Positions 13,081 through 24,669 of a stretch of DNA of 64,000 nt are shown here, piece after piece. Made by a program: the position numbers and the translations under genes. How positions within the stretch are numbered: the first letter of the stretch is position 1; every line of letters begins with the position of its first letter. The notes beneath the pieces are model-generated. The model saw only the letters and a program-made list of their open reading frames with translations. It had not been told where the DNA came from and did no database searches. The DNA is from Harriotta raleighana (Eukaryota), in NCBI GenBank assembly GCA_050575255.1, contig JBNZDD010013683.1, positions 1,021,282 to 1,085,281 on the forward strand, written 5' to 3'.

Positions 13081-13087
13081 AAGGATG

Positions 13088-13472
13088 TCAGTTGGACTTG
13101 GTTGATGCTGAGTCAGAAGGTTTGGGGCTTAAGCCTTGTATCTGGTCTTCGAACACGTAGCCTAGGTTGACATTCCAATACTATGTAAGGGGAACCATGC
13201 ATAGTCAGAGGTGCCATCTTTTGAATGAGATTTTAAAACCTGCTCTGTGCAAGAGTACATTGAAGATCCCAAAGCACAAAAAGCCATGGGAGTTTCTCCC
13301 AATTTCCTTCAGGTAAAAGTAATCCTTTAGGTCCTGACATTTTGTGGGCCATGGCTGTGTGCAAATTGGGTGTTGTATTCTCCTGCAAATACACAGTCAC
13401 TGCACTTTACAGCACATCGGGACATCCTCCTGACATGAAAGGCGCTATGCAAATGTAATTTTGTTTTTGTTT
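13088..13472 (+). mobile_element. Deu-domain SINE, degenerate full length
   Basis: gctgagtcagaagg head; gtcagaggtgccatcttttgaatgag Deu core; L2-type tail. Confidence 0.7.
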
Positions 13473-15097
13473 ACAAAAATACATACACCGATATATATAT
13501 ATACAGTATATGTATATGCACACCACATACATCTGCCTCTATTTAATCCACCATAACTGTTAAATATGATGTTATTTTTAGTTACATCGCTGGGAGACAG
13601 ACATTTACTTGCAAACCACAAGATGTGTTTTAAATCAGCAAAGCTGTCCAGTAGAGAACCGGAGAGGAGCTTCCAAAAATCAGAGGGACTCACATAACTA
13701 TTGAGTATCTGCGTAAAAAATGGCATTGGTTGAAACCTGGAAGTGTACATCAGGATTTACAAAGTTTTTGGGGTTGGACAACGTCATTTCAGTCGAATCC
13801 ACTTAAACAAAAAAGGCATCTGATAGATAAATATTGATAAATAAATATGGATGTTGGAAAATCAGTTGCAATACAAATGGGTATTTCCGTACTTCAAAGG
13901 AGAGAACCTAGGATACTAACTCCATCAGCAAAACAATTTCATTAGAGCCTGCAAACTGTTTGTACAACCTTTTTGAAGTGTCTAAATAAATATACATCAA
14001 GAGGTTGCGTTTACACTGATGACTCCTTTCAATGAGCCAGATTAACCATGCCCTTTGCTGAAATTGATCATCTTGCCTGAGAAATGCTCTAACTTCCAGC
14101 CAAATGTGCATCTTATGTATTTGTACTCGGAGCCACTCTTCCCTGTGGTGTAGTTTTCGCTCAGCTGCCAAATAAGTCACTTTTTGGTGTTTGCCCTCCT
14201 TTAATTTATTAAAAGTGGTTCCACTGGCTGCTTGTTTTTTTTCAGATGAAACAATCAAATACTGTATACAGACATGAAAAAGAAGCTGGGCTACAAGCCT
14301 GCCCCACAGCTTGCCTTTGGTGGCATTCAACATTTTGTTCTTTATTGAAAACAGATGAAATACAAGTAATCTCTGACCTTTCATTGAACATTCACTGCAA
14401 GCAGTAAACTAGCTACAGTATTTTGATTAACAAATTGCCAACCAGTTTCCATGAGCTTCACTGAACTTTACTTACTTTCTTTGCGAAGTATACTTTTAGT
14501 TTGCAGCATTAAACAGGTGGAGAGTGCTGCAGAACCACAGTCTCCACTAAACTGAATTGAATTAGCAAGTTAATCGTAACTTAATCATAATTTTATCTAC
14601 AGATCACCTTTTATTTAACAGTAAACAGAGGATATATATCATACATTATTTGACCGGCGTTGTTGCAAGGCCAAAGAGCCCTCATCTCAAAATGGAAGTT
14701 TATAGTCCAAAGAGTCTAGGCAACAATAGGAAGTCAAGACCTTCTTCACACTGTTTGTGTCAGTCAATTTAGGTCATTCAGAGGCATGTGGATAGATAAA
14801 CTCAGACACAGAAAAAATCCACCAAAGCCTGTTGCTTCTTAGAGCAAGTAAACACATATGACACTCTCCACTGATTTCAGACTAAAGGCAACTATTGGCC
14901 TTTGCCCAAGGCTTGCAGAGAACCTCTGATGATATGTTCAAAAGTCTTGAAAATCATTATGCTAATTTTGTGACTAATGAACTTCAGAGTTATGGGGCAG
15001 GAAGTCTACAAACTCAATGGGGAGATGTTAACTGCATTTTCTATTCTACTTCACCTCCACTTACTGTTACCACAGTTAGAAACACCCAACATACAGA

Positions 15098-15160
15098 ACA
15101 ACAGCAGCAAGAACACATTACACTTGCATAGCGCCTTTCACGTCAAGAGGACGTCCCAAC
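15098..15160 (-). mobile_element. L2 3'-tail-only fragment
   Basis: atagcgcctttcacgtcaagaggacgtccca. Confidence 0.75.
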
Positions 15161-15819
15161 ACAGTGGTCAAGCATCTGAACAGGCAGTAAATATAGCATT
15201 AGGTCCTTCAAGTCACCAACTAGAAGTTACAATGAAAACATGGCAAGTGTTTCCAAAGTATACAAGTTCCATAAACAAGACACGGGGAAAAAAGAAACAG
15301 TGACTAATGTGAGGAAATCACTCAAGGAAAAAGCTAGAGTTGAATAGCTGGCGAGGAGAGCAATAGCATGTGAAAGAACTCTGAAGGCTGGAAAGCAAAA
15401 GTTGAGGTGGGAATCTCGCACTATTATCTGATAAGGAGCTTTCCCACACTCCTGCCAGTTTTGCTTTGGACAAAATACAGCATGGCACAATCACAGTATT
15501 GGAATCCATTAATAGAAAAGTGCATAATCAGTACTGGCGTTATGAAGCATATCAACAACAATCATTAATCAGAGAATGTAAGTCAAGCTTTGCAGAGCAT
15601 ATTGGGGAAACATTGTGGAAGATTTTGACTGCATTTTGTGGGCGATCATCCTTGCATTTAATAGAGTACCTTTCACATTGGCAGGACATCTCAAAGTGCT
15701 TTACATTAAAAGAATTTACAGTGAAGTGTAGATGAGCATGGAGTCATTACAAATAAAATGCATCTTTCCTTTAGGGTTGTTAAATCTTTCAGGTTGGGAA
15801 GATACAATAACACTGACCT

Positions 15820-16320
15820 GTAATAATTGATAAATTATTAAATGTGAGGCAACCATAAATCGCAAGTCTTTGGTGCAAATTATTCAGGATCATAATATTG
15901 GTAAGCAGAATAATTCCTATACAGCACTCCACGAGAGATATTTTATTTATCTAAGGAAACTCAGCTTCTCATTGAACTTCAATAAGGTACATTTCAGTGA
16001 TTGTTCTTATGCTGTGGCAAATAAACACTAATCTTAATAATTTCATTTCTGTTGAAGTTTTCGTCCAAATGATTAGTGCTAATGGCATTATTGAGAAAAT
16101 TGGTTTGGAAGAGTTAGTGAACCTGACTGTGCAAAGGAGCTGAATTAGTACAGTTGAAACAACAGGATTCCTGAAACAACCAAAGTTAATGACTACCTCT
16201 GCTGATATTAATTCTGCAGAGCTCAGTAACTTCATAGAGTTTGTTCTGGGACTCATACAGCAGCCAATTATTAATGTCTAATTTAGCACCTCTAGCAATA
16301 AAGCAATTTGAACAGGATTT
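15820..16320. promoter_or_regulatory. candidate conserved non-coding element
   Basis: repeat-free with dense TAATT/ATTA, TGATTA and CATAAA homeodomain-type motifs; not verified by alignment. Confidence 0.3.
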
Positions 16321-16429
16321 ATATTTTCCACTTCAAAAATCATTGGCCAGAGAGAGCTTTGCACAGAAAGGATGTGCAGAGCTTTGCTAACCAGCACAGA
16401 TCAGTAGTCGGATTCTTAAGTGTTATGCA

Positions 16430-16525
16430 GTCAATTTATTTTGTAATGTATTCTGTGAAGTGTTTTGAGACGTCTCAATGATGCGATAAGGCGGGATATC
16501 AAATGCAAGAATTATTATTATTATT
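16430..16525 (+). mobile_element. young SINE 3' fragment
   Basis: tattctgtgaagtgttttgagacgtctc...atcaaatgcaag(ATT)n. Confidence 0.8.
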
Positions 16526-17444
16526 TAATAAAGTGTTTGCAACAATTAAAACAAAGTCCTACACATTTATTTTACACGCGATGTTGCGTGGGGGTATAAG
16601 CCACTGAATTAATATTTGCGTCATCCAACTGTGACTAATTTTCCTAAAAGTGAACCCTGAATGAATGTTACAAATGACTGAAATATATTTTGAGTGGGGG
16701 ATAGAGTCTGAAACTTAAGAGATTTAAACTTAAATTGCAGAAAGAGAACAAAGTCATCAAGCCTTAACAGGAATGAGAAATAGTTATATTTTCTCCCTCA
16801 CTACAGAAGTCCTGTGACTCCCGTTTGCTTAAGAAAATGGGAATCCCATCCCGTCAATCATCGCAATGTAAACCGTTTGTGGTGACTTGGAAGATGACAA
16901 TTACTGGAGCTTTCTGCTGTTCTTCCCTTTCCAATATTCTTAAGTAAATTCCAAGAAAACTGATTAAGACGTCATTTTTAAAACTTAAATCTCTGCAAGG
17001 AACTGTGGACATAATTTTCTGAAGTGGGTGAAAGCTGTCTTACATAAAAGCATGAAATATATTAAAATCCCTTTTGCATTGATACACTAATAGAATTTGT
17101 TCTATTTATAAACAAGGAAATGCTATACTGAATGGCAAGCTCAGTTTTAAGGTATCCATCCTAACAGCGAGTAGAATTTATACAGTTGTAGATGCTGGGA
17201 ATATTGTGTTTCAGAACAAAAGAGAAAGAAAATGGACAGTAAAAATCAATGTTTAAAAATAACTGTTTTTTTTTATTAACCTAAGACAGACTGAGATACT
17301 GTTATACATTATCCTTTGGAAAGCTATAAACAGATTCACATTCTCTATTGGGTATGATTCAAGAGAAGACTTTCTGTCTTTACATGTAGGTTAGGTTCAA
17401 GATGTTAACATTTCAGTTTTGTATGAAGCAACAATACAGATACA

Positions 17445-17558
17445 ATAATAATAATACTCCTTGCATTTGATATAGTGCTTTTCACATCTTGTAGACGTGA
17501 AAAGCGCTTCACAGACTACACTGTAAAATGAATTGACTGTATATTTGTGGGCGAAGTG
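17445..17558 (-). mobile_element. young SINE 3' fragment
   Basis: (AAT)n cttgcatttgatatagtgc...gtgggcgaa. Confidence 0.85.
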
Positions 17559-17652
17559 CACACACACACACACAAACTAGTAAGTAAACAACAACATATC
17601 CCAACCTACCCGCCCTACCATTGGGTCTGAAACAATGACTGTCATGGGACAT

Positions 17653-17711
17653 CCTTGGGACGGCCTCCTGACGTGAAAGGCATTATACAAATGTAAATTA
17701 GTTGTTGTTGT
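17653..17711 (+). mobile_element. L2 3'-tail-only fragment
   Basis: ccttgggacggcctcctgacgtgaaaggc...(TTG)n. Confidence 0.75.
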
Positions 17712-20346
17712 AGGTAAAACTAAAATCATCATGGGTACTGAGTAAAACAAAAACAATTATGCATACTCAAGCAAGTCTAAAACACAACCCCAGAACGCAG
17801 CCCGGAGCGGGTGGTTGAATGGGCACTTCAGAATACAACAAATCCATTTTAAAACTCGGTGAAATTGGATTGCACTTAAAGAAGTCAAATTTAGGCCTTC
17901 GGGGAATTGTTTCCGTAGAAAGGCAAATTCTTTTGCTTGAAGTGCAACTCTGGCATGCTAAAAGCTATAGGCTTATTGGAATCAGGATTGACAAATGGGG
18001 CATTTCTTTCTCCTCCTCTCCAGCCTCAGAAAATCTTCGAAACTTACTCCTGGGCTACGTGATGTGCATCAACAGTGACAAAATCAATGTCATTCCTCAA
18101 ATACTTCCTCAGACAGCTTACAAATCATTGCATCGCTCCTTCCTAACAAATGAGGAGCAGAGGAAGGCACTGCTGATTCATGTGGAAATGCTACTTTCAA
18201 GATAACATGTGGGGATGGAAAAAGCGTCAAAGGATAAGAACGAGGCAGATTAAGTCTCATTTCCCTTGGAGTAGCCCATGTGGGTATGATATTAATGTAT
18301 TAATGTCTCACAGAATTCTTACTGTAATCTTTCTCATGGCGGTATCCATCCTAATAGCGAGTAAATCCTATTCGCTGTTAGGATGGATACCTTAAAACTG
18401 AGCTTGCCATTCAGTGTAGCATTCCCTTGTTTATAAATAGAACAAATTCTATTAGTGTATCAAGGGATTTTAATATATTTCATGATTTAAGTAAGACAGC
18501 TGGGGATGGGTGGGGATGGGGGAAGTTAATTCTGTGCTTCTCCAGAAACACAAGTCAAACTAAGTTATGGTCTTCCAATTAATTCAGAATGGGCTGTGGC
18601 ACTGATAGGGGATGGTCTGTCTACTCTCTCAAAGGTAATGGTTACGTAGCTGAATGGTGACATGTAAGAAGAGGAGAGAACAAAAGATAAAAGGAAAGGA
18701 AACAAAAATGGAGGCAGGATCATTGTAAAGAATAATAAACCTGAATGTTTATCTTTTGGAAAGTTAATGATGTAGTAAGCACACATCAAGGTCAGTATGA
18801 ATGAATGCCCGCAAGCTCAAAGTTTTAAGTGCTGACTAAACTGCCTGCATCCAGATCAACTACAAATCAACTCATGGGCAGAGAGAGAGGGGGAGGGGGA
18901 AAATATCTTGCTGCGGACTCAATTTGACAAGATCAGTCATGTACATAGAATTTTGTTTTAAATGATTTATAAGAAATATGTAGCCGCGTCTAAAATGTCC
19001 TCATGCTTGCAGAAAGTGGTTACCTCTAACTGTAGCTTGTAGTCAATGTCATAGACCTGCATGACTAAACTTTCACAGCTGTAAGTGTGTGGGCGACATT
19101 TTCAAGAAAAGTCTGTTAAGTAACTCCCACCAATATTTACCTTGCAGATTAACAGCAATTGTTTATTTTTGTTTCTCCTTTTCAAACTCTGTTTATCTCC
19201 TTACTGATCTTCCCATTACCATCCCTTCCTGCCCACCCCCACCTATTCAGTGGCCTACTCCTTCGCACATCTCCTCCAGCCAGGAAGTAAGGATGACATT
19301 TATGTGGATAGAAATACCATGGCATTTGCAACAACTGCTGTCAGTGGCACTCTATCGTGAGTCAGCAGAGGTGTGATTCAAGTGGGAAGTGGTAATTTTT
19401 GTGCAACCCACTGGCCCCCCACTGAAGGAAGAGCTCGCTTCTCTCCCAGCATTCAGAAATGTTGGGAAACTTCAGAGATATTGCGGATTAAACTCAACCA
19501 AACGGTGTCAGATGGATTGGAATGGCAGGCAATGTGTGACATGTACGTGTTCAGTGGTTTGCCTCGGTTGGATCAGACTGGAGTACTTTAGGACTGGCCC
19601 AAGTTCGGATTGCATCCAAGTCCATGATGGCTTTTGACCTTTGTGACAGCTGAGGCAATTTGACCAATTGCCTAACCAAGCTGCCTTGGTTAGGCCCTTT
19701 GAACATGCATAATGTCTTGGCCTGGCTCCTATTGGCCTTGCTTCCTGCGCTCTTGGATGAGACAAAACCTCACTTGCCTCACCTGTTAAGCATCACTGCT
19801 CGCAGTGCTAATTTATCCATTGATTCCCTTCCAATCTTTTGGTAACCTTCCAAGTATGATGGCTACTGAAATATTCCTTTCCAATTCTCTTGATTTATAA
19901 CCTTTAGTGACTGGTTTCCTCTGCACAAAGATAAGAGATCGTCAATGCTGGGATATTTTGTTCATGGTCTTGGCTTAAGCACAAGATCAGATGCTGTATA
20001 ATGCAACTAAATACTGTCGAACTTGCTTTCTTACAACCCAAAGATGTATCTTAACTTCAAAATCTCAGACAACCAACTCCCATAGGCTGCTGTGCAATAT
20101 TGCATTTTTAACTTCAGTTAATCCTTAAAGCCTCTGTCTGATAGATTATCAGGGATTTTATTGTGGTTCATTCACCCATTCAGAAAGGACAGAGACTGGA
20201 TCCCATACTAGTACAGATTTTAATTCCATTAGACTCAGAAGAAAGACAAAACCATTACCAAACATAAGATCACCATGAAGTTTAGCACGAAAAATAAATG
20301 TGCAGATGGAAAATAATCTGAAATCAATAGATCCATATTAATACAG

Positions 20347-20664
20347 TAATAATAATCTTTGCATTTGATATAGTGCTTTTCAAGTCTTCAAGATGTCTAA
20401 AATAGCTTCACAAAATATGCTATAAAGTGACTTGACTGTATATTTGTGGGTGAAACGCCGCCAGCCAATTGCGCACAGCTCTGTCTCTGTCTTCAATCTC
20501 TGTCATGGATTGAAATGACCAATCTACAATTAAAAAAAATTTCGAGGGATTATTATTAGGCATGTGGAGTAAGGAAACTTGCCTAAGGTTTTTCCCTGAC
20601 TGGAACCCAACTCGGGTCTCTTACTTGCAAGGCAAGTGCTCTAATCACTGAGCTCCAGGTATCC
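20347..20664 (-). mobile_element. young tRNA-derived SINE, full length (short subtype)
   Basis: tail at 20347; head reverse complement gtgctctaatcactgagct at ~20636-20654. Confidence 0.9.
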
Positions 20665-21384
20665 ACATTGGGTCATATGTTAAAAGTTTGGGTGTAAATT
20701 GCTATTGTGCAATCTTACACAAAAGAGTACATACTGCTGTGAAAAAGTAAATTTGATTTCATTAAGATCACAGTAACAAATAAAGTGACTGTTCTAATAA
20801 GGAACATCCAGCTCAAAGTAATGCTTTTAAATGCAGTCTAGAGAATGCAGGTAAATATATTTGGGATGTGCTCTGGCAGATAATAAACTCAGTAAATCTA
20901 TCCATATATGCATCATGTAGATTAAAACGACTGTAAGAAGCTGTCAGGATGCACTGGAAATCATTTTCTCTTTCAAAAGATTCATTTAATGTTCTTTACT
21001 GATTTACGCTCAACAAATAGAAGAATGCATCATTCAGAATTTCATTAAGAATTCCTGCATCAGAAATTCTAATCCTTGCTTACCTTTTGGCCTATGAATA
21101 AATACATGAATTAATGGTAGATTAGCTAATCATGGATCGTTTTCCAATTTGAAGCTTGAATCCTTGTAGCCCTCACAGTTCTACTGTGATTTCTCGTAGT
21201 TAAAAATAATGTCTTAACATGTTTTGAAGCTCAGTTTTACTGTTGGCACCTTTTAGGAAAAGTAATCTGTCAATCTTTAAAAAGGAGTCAAATGTGATTT
21301 TTTGACCTTTACTATTCTTTCAAACATGCACCAATTTAAAATCACAGATCTAAGACTTTTTTGTCAAGACTGAGATCAACAGTT

Positions 21385-21530
21385 TTTTAAAAATCTATAG
21401 AGATTAAGAAATATGGGATAGGGCGGGTAAATGGAATTAGGATAGAAGATCAGCCATGATCTTATTAAATGGTGGGGCAGGTTCGAGGGGCCGAATGCCT
21501 ACTCCTGCTCCTACTTCTTATGTTCTTAAC
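21385..21530 (+). mobile_element. CR1 3' end (second subfamily)
   Basis: gatcagccatgatcttattaaatggtggggcaggttcgaggggccgaatgcctactcctgctcctacttcttatgttctta is a typical CR1 3' UTR/tail. Confidence 0.8.
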
Positions 21531-21739
21531 CACTTTGAAGTCTAAGCATGGAACACATTTCACCCAGGTTGAAAGCATGAAACAAAGAAGCCATTTATTG
21601 TGGCATAGTCTAACAATTGGGAAGTTAGGAGGTGTTGGAAAGAATGGTTAATGAGTGTGATTGGTTCATGGGGGACTCCCACCCTCCCCACACCATTATA
21701 AGTGTCAAAGCCTTCTTTTACTTTGCCCCTAACCTCAGA

Positions 21740-21960
21740 GTTAACTGAGCAGAGGGGGCGAGCAGCAGAATGTGGGAGGAGAGGACCAGAGAGAGATGGT
21801 GATGCTAGAGGGCAAAGGGATTTATAGATATGTAAAGATGAAGAATATTCAGTCAATCCATTGGGGAAAAGGGAGACAGCGGAGCTTGGTGAGGACTGGA
21901 CGGATGAGTATGTGGAGCTTGGTGTGGGTAGCGGAGTATAAGCTGAGCTGTAAAGTACCG
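21740..21960 (-). mobile_element. old L2 ORF2 fragment
   Basis: frameshifted translation PVLTKLRCLPFPQWID...YKSLCPLASPSLS..LLPHSAARPLCS resembles L2 PVLxxLHWLPVxQRIxFK...YKxLxxLAPxYLSxLL...PxRxLRS. Confidence 0.75.
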
Positions 21961-23184
21961 CATAAGTGAAGGGAAGAGAATAAATGACTGTCATGTGACC
22001 GACTTATAAATAACATTAAAAATGATCCCTTATAAGTGTTTTATAGGGACTTCAGCAATGACCTAATCGATTCACCTGCACTTATGCAGAGTCAGTGCAA
22101 ATCAATTTCCTGGTAAAATCTCCTGCTGAAGGTGATTACAGTCGGGGAGTGAGCTCCAGCATTCATCAATGCAGAGAATGTAGCGTGAACTGACCACTAT
22201 TTGTTTTGAATTGCCCATGATATCAGCATGATTCAGACTTTAGTGGGTGACACAAACTGCTTCAGATGACAGGAGCAAGGTCAAACATGGTCGAATGGTA
22301 AATTGTGGAAAATGGCGCACCCGCAAGGAAAATGTTTGATCATCAATCAAAGCTTTACTTTTCACTAATTTCATTCAATGGCTCTGACTCACCTCGGTCT
22401 ACACCAGCCAAGGAATGTTTGGTGCGTACGATTCTTCAGCCAATGCAGCTCATCTGAATATGTGAGTCAGCAGCAGGTTTAGAGGGTACGAGTTAAGATC
22501 TCAAACGCACTTATCAATTTTCTTTAATCTACAGGTGGAGGGATATGTTTCAGGATTTCTCTAACACTGATCTTAGAGAGAGCTGAGCCTGTCAAAACCA
22601 CCATTTGTGTCTTTCATTCTTCAACCATCCATCAAATCAACACAATCTTTAGCAAAGAGCACACTGAATCCTGTCTGATCAATGTAACAGGTGTACTTCT
22701 TTCCGACCGGTATAGTAGATGTGCTTTTTTTTTTGTTTGCCTCAAGCCATCAAAATTTTCCATCTATGTTCCTGCATTATCATGGTTAATTTCATTCTAT
22801 CCTTTAAGGACTGCAATAGCATTTCTATGCACCACCTTCATAAATCACCTTAGATTTGAGTTTCACATTCTCCTTTAGCACGCATTATTAACATGGGCTG
22901 TGCTCCCATTATTGTGAAAAATTCAATTCTTTAAAAGATTATAAAGGTGGAACAAGATTTCTGAGGAAAACACGTTTTTTTTCCCCAGAAATTTCAGCTT
23001 CTACCATCCCTAAAGCATTAATTTAACAACCTTAACGCAAATATGAATAAATCTCCAAGTAATGGTTGGCATCGTGGTTTCCGATTAGTTTTCTATAGTC
23101 ATATCCCCACATGAAAGGAATACATTTCTTCTCTCTAGACAAACTGCAACATCTCCTGTGCTACAACTTAACTAACCTGCTGTG

Positions 23185-23410
23185 TGAGCATGCGTGTTTG
23201 TATGATTTTAAGAGAGTGCATGTGAGAGTGTGCAGGTGAGTGTGTGAGACAGAGCACACATGACAGAGCACATGCAATGTGTGTATCTGTGTGTGTGTGG
23301 AGGGGGATGGTGGGGGGAGAGAGAGATAGAGCATGCATGAGTGCATCTGTGTGCATGCATCACAGTGTGTGAAAGTTTGCGTGTATGTATGAGAGAATAA
23401 GTGTGTATCA
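23185..23410. repeat. degenerate (TG)/(AG) low-complexity tract
   Basis: seen directly; accounts for the overlapping His/Thr-rich ORFs. Confidence 0.85.
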
Positions 23411-24059
23411 CAGAGAAAGTATAAGACTTGAGGCTTGAGACTGAAAGTGCTAACAGAATCTGCAGGACAATATTTGTCAGGAATATGACTAAAATATTCC
23501 CGTGTTGAAATATGAAGCGACACCGCACCTTGGAAAATTGCTTTTGTGCTATTCCAGCAGCCAAGCCAAAGAGCAGACATGTCAGACATAATTACCTGTG
23601 ATCAGCTGCCTCTATTCAGGGGTTTAAATTTTTCTTTGGAGGTTTTCTGACTCCACTCATACAAGAATAACAGATAGCAAGGGACTGCACACTAAAATTC
23701 AGACGACGTCATGATTATTTTAAACCGTTTATTTTGCATTTAAGGTTAACTGTGGCATGTTCAGCTCTAACTAATTCATGACTACACTCTTGCTCCCATT
23801 TCCATACTGATTTCAAGCTTTCCAAAAAATCTCTCAGACATATTGTGGCAGCTTCTCAGTACAATGGTAATATACTATTACCTCTGATTTAGCATATACT
23901 GTCATTCAAGTCTGTCAAAATCAAAGAAAAGACACTTTCTCGATCGCGTGCTCAAACCTATAGTTCTCGCAACTGCCAAGAATAATCTCTAGTATCGTCA
24001 GAGTAAAGTGTGTGGTGTATCTGAATCTTTATCACCAGATCAATTTGGATGAAGCAGAC

Positions 24060-24250
24060 CCTTTTGAATCTCATCCTTGCAGAATACCAACCCTAAATGC
24101 TTCCATCACAGAATCAAGCTTTTTTTTTGCCTCAACTACACTTCCAGGCAACCCTTTCCAGTCGATTATTGCTTTCTAGGTAAAGAAATATTTCCTCACG
24201 TCTATCTCGAAATTCTCTGATGTAACCTGAAAACTGTGCCCTTTTGTTCT
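24060..24250 (-). mobile_element. old CR1 ORF2 3' fragment
   Basis: cttccaggcaaccctttccag...ggtaaagaaatatttcctcac is the reverse complement of the RKYFFT...WKGLPG region. Confidence 0.6.
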
Positions 24251-24254
24251 GCTG

Positions 24255-24490
24255 TCATAGATTCATAGAAGTTTACGGCACAAAAGGAGGCCATTCGGCC
24301 CATCTAGTCTGTGCCGGCTCTTTGAAAAGAGCGATTTAATCCCACTGCCCTGCTCGCTCCCCATAGCCTAATAGACCTGTTCTCCCTAAATAAAGATCTA
24401 ATTCACTTTTAAAAGNTTGTCTATATCTTCTTGCAGATGGTTACTATCCTCCTCACTATTTACTATTCTCCCTAACTTAGTGTCACCTGT
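24255..24490 (-). mobile_element. young 5'-truncated CR1 LINE (3' end plus RT fragment, collapsed at n 24416)
   Basis: 24255-24415 is about 98% reverse-complement identical to 25734-25895; 24417-24490 encodes GDTKLGRIVNSEEDSNHLQEDID, the region just after the RT FADD motif. Confidence 0.9.
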
Positions 24491-24669
24491 CTCAGTGCAT
24501 CCAAAAGTAAAATGAAACCTTATAAGCATTAGTGCACTGTCTAGTTTAGCAAGTTCAAGTGCAAGATAAAGGCAAGGATTTGAATAAACACTGGTCACTT
24601 TTGTAAGCATTCAGCAGGTCTGACTGGTATCACCAATTAGTCAGACCTGGTAAATCCTCCTGAAAAGCT

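Larger units (their letters stand above)
17033..18501. repeat. inverted duplication, arms 17033-17180 and 18362-18501
   Basis: arms are about 90% reverse-complement identical by eye; 18341-18363 is also a direct copy of 17151-17173. Confidence 0.9.

Noticed and set aside
13908-14384. 158-aa minus-strand ORF
   Set aside because: No recognisable domain, random-like composition and no convincing splice sites.
21560-21994. 144-aa Ser/Pro-rich ORF
   Set aside because: Frameshifted L2 ORF2 remnant, not a host gene.
23161-23589. Overlapping His/Thr/Cys-rich ORFs and a cluster of TGCATG (RBFOX-like) motifs
   Set aside because: Explained by a decaying TG/CA microsatellite tract.
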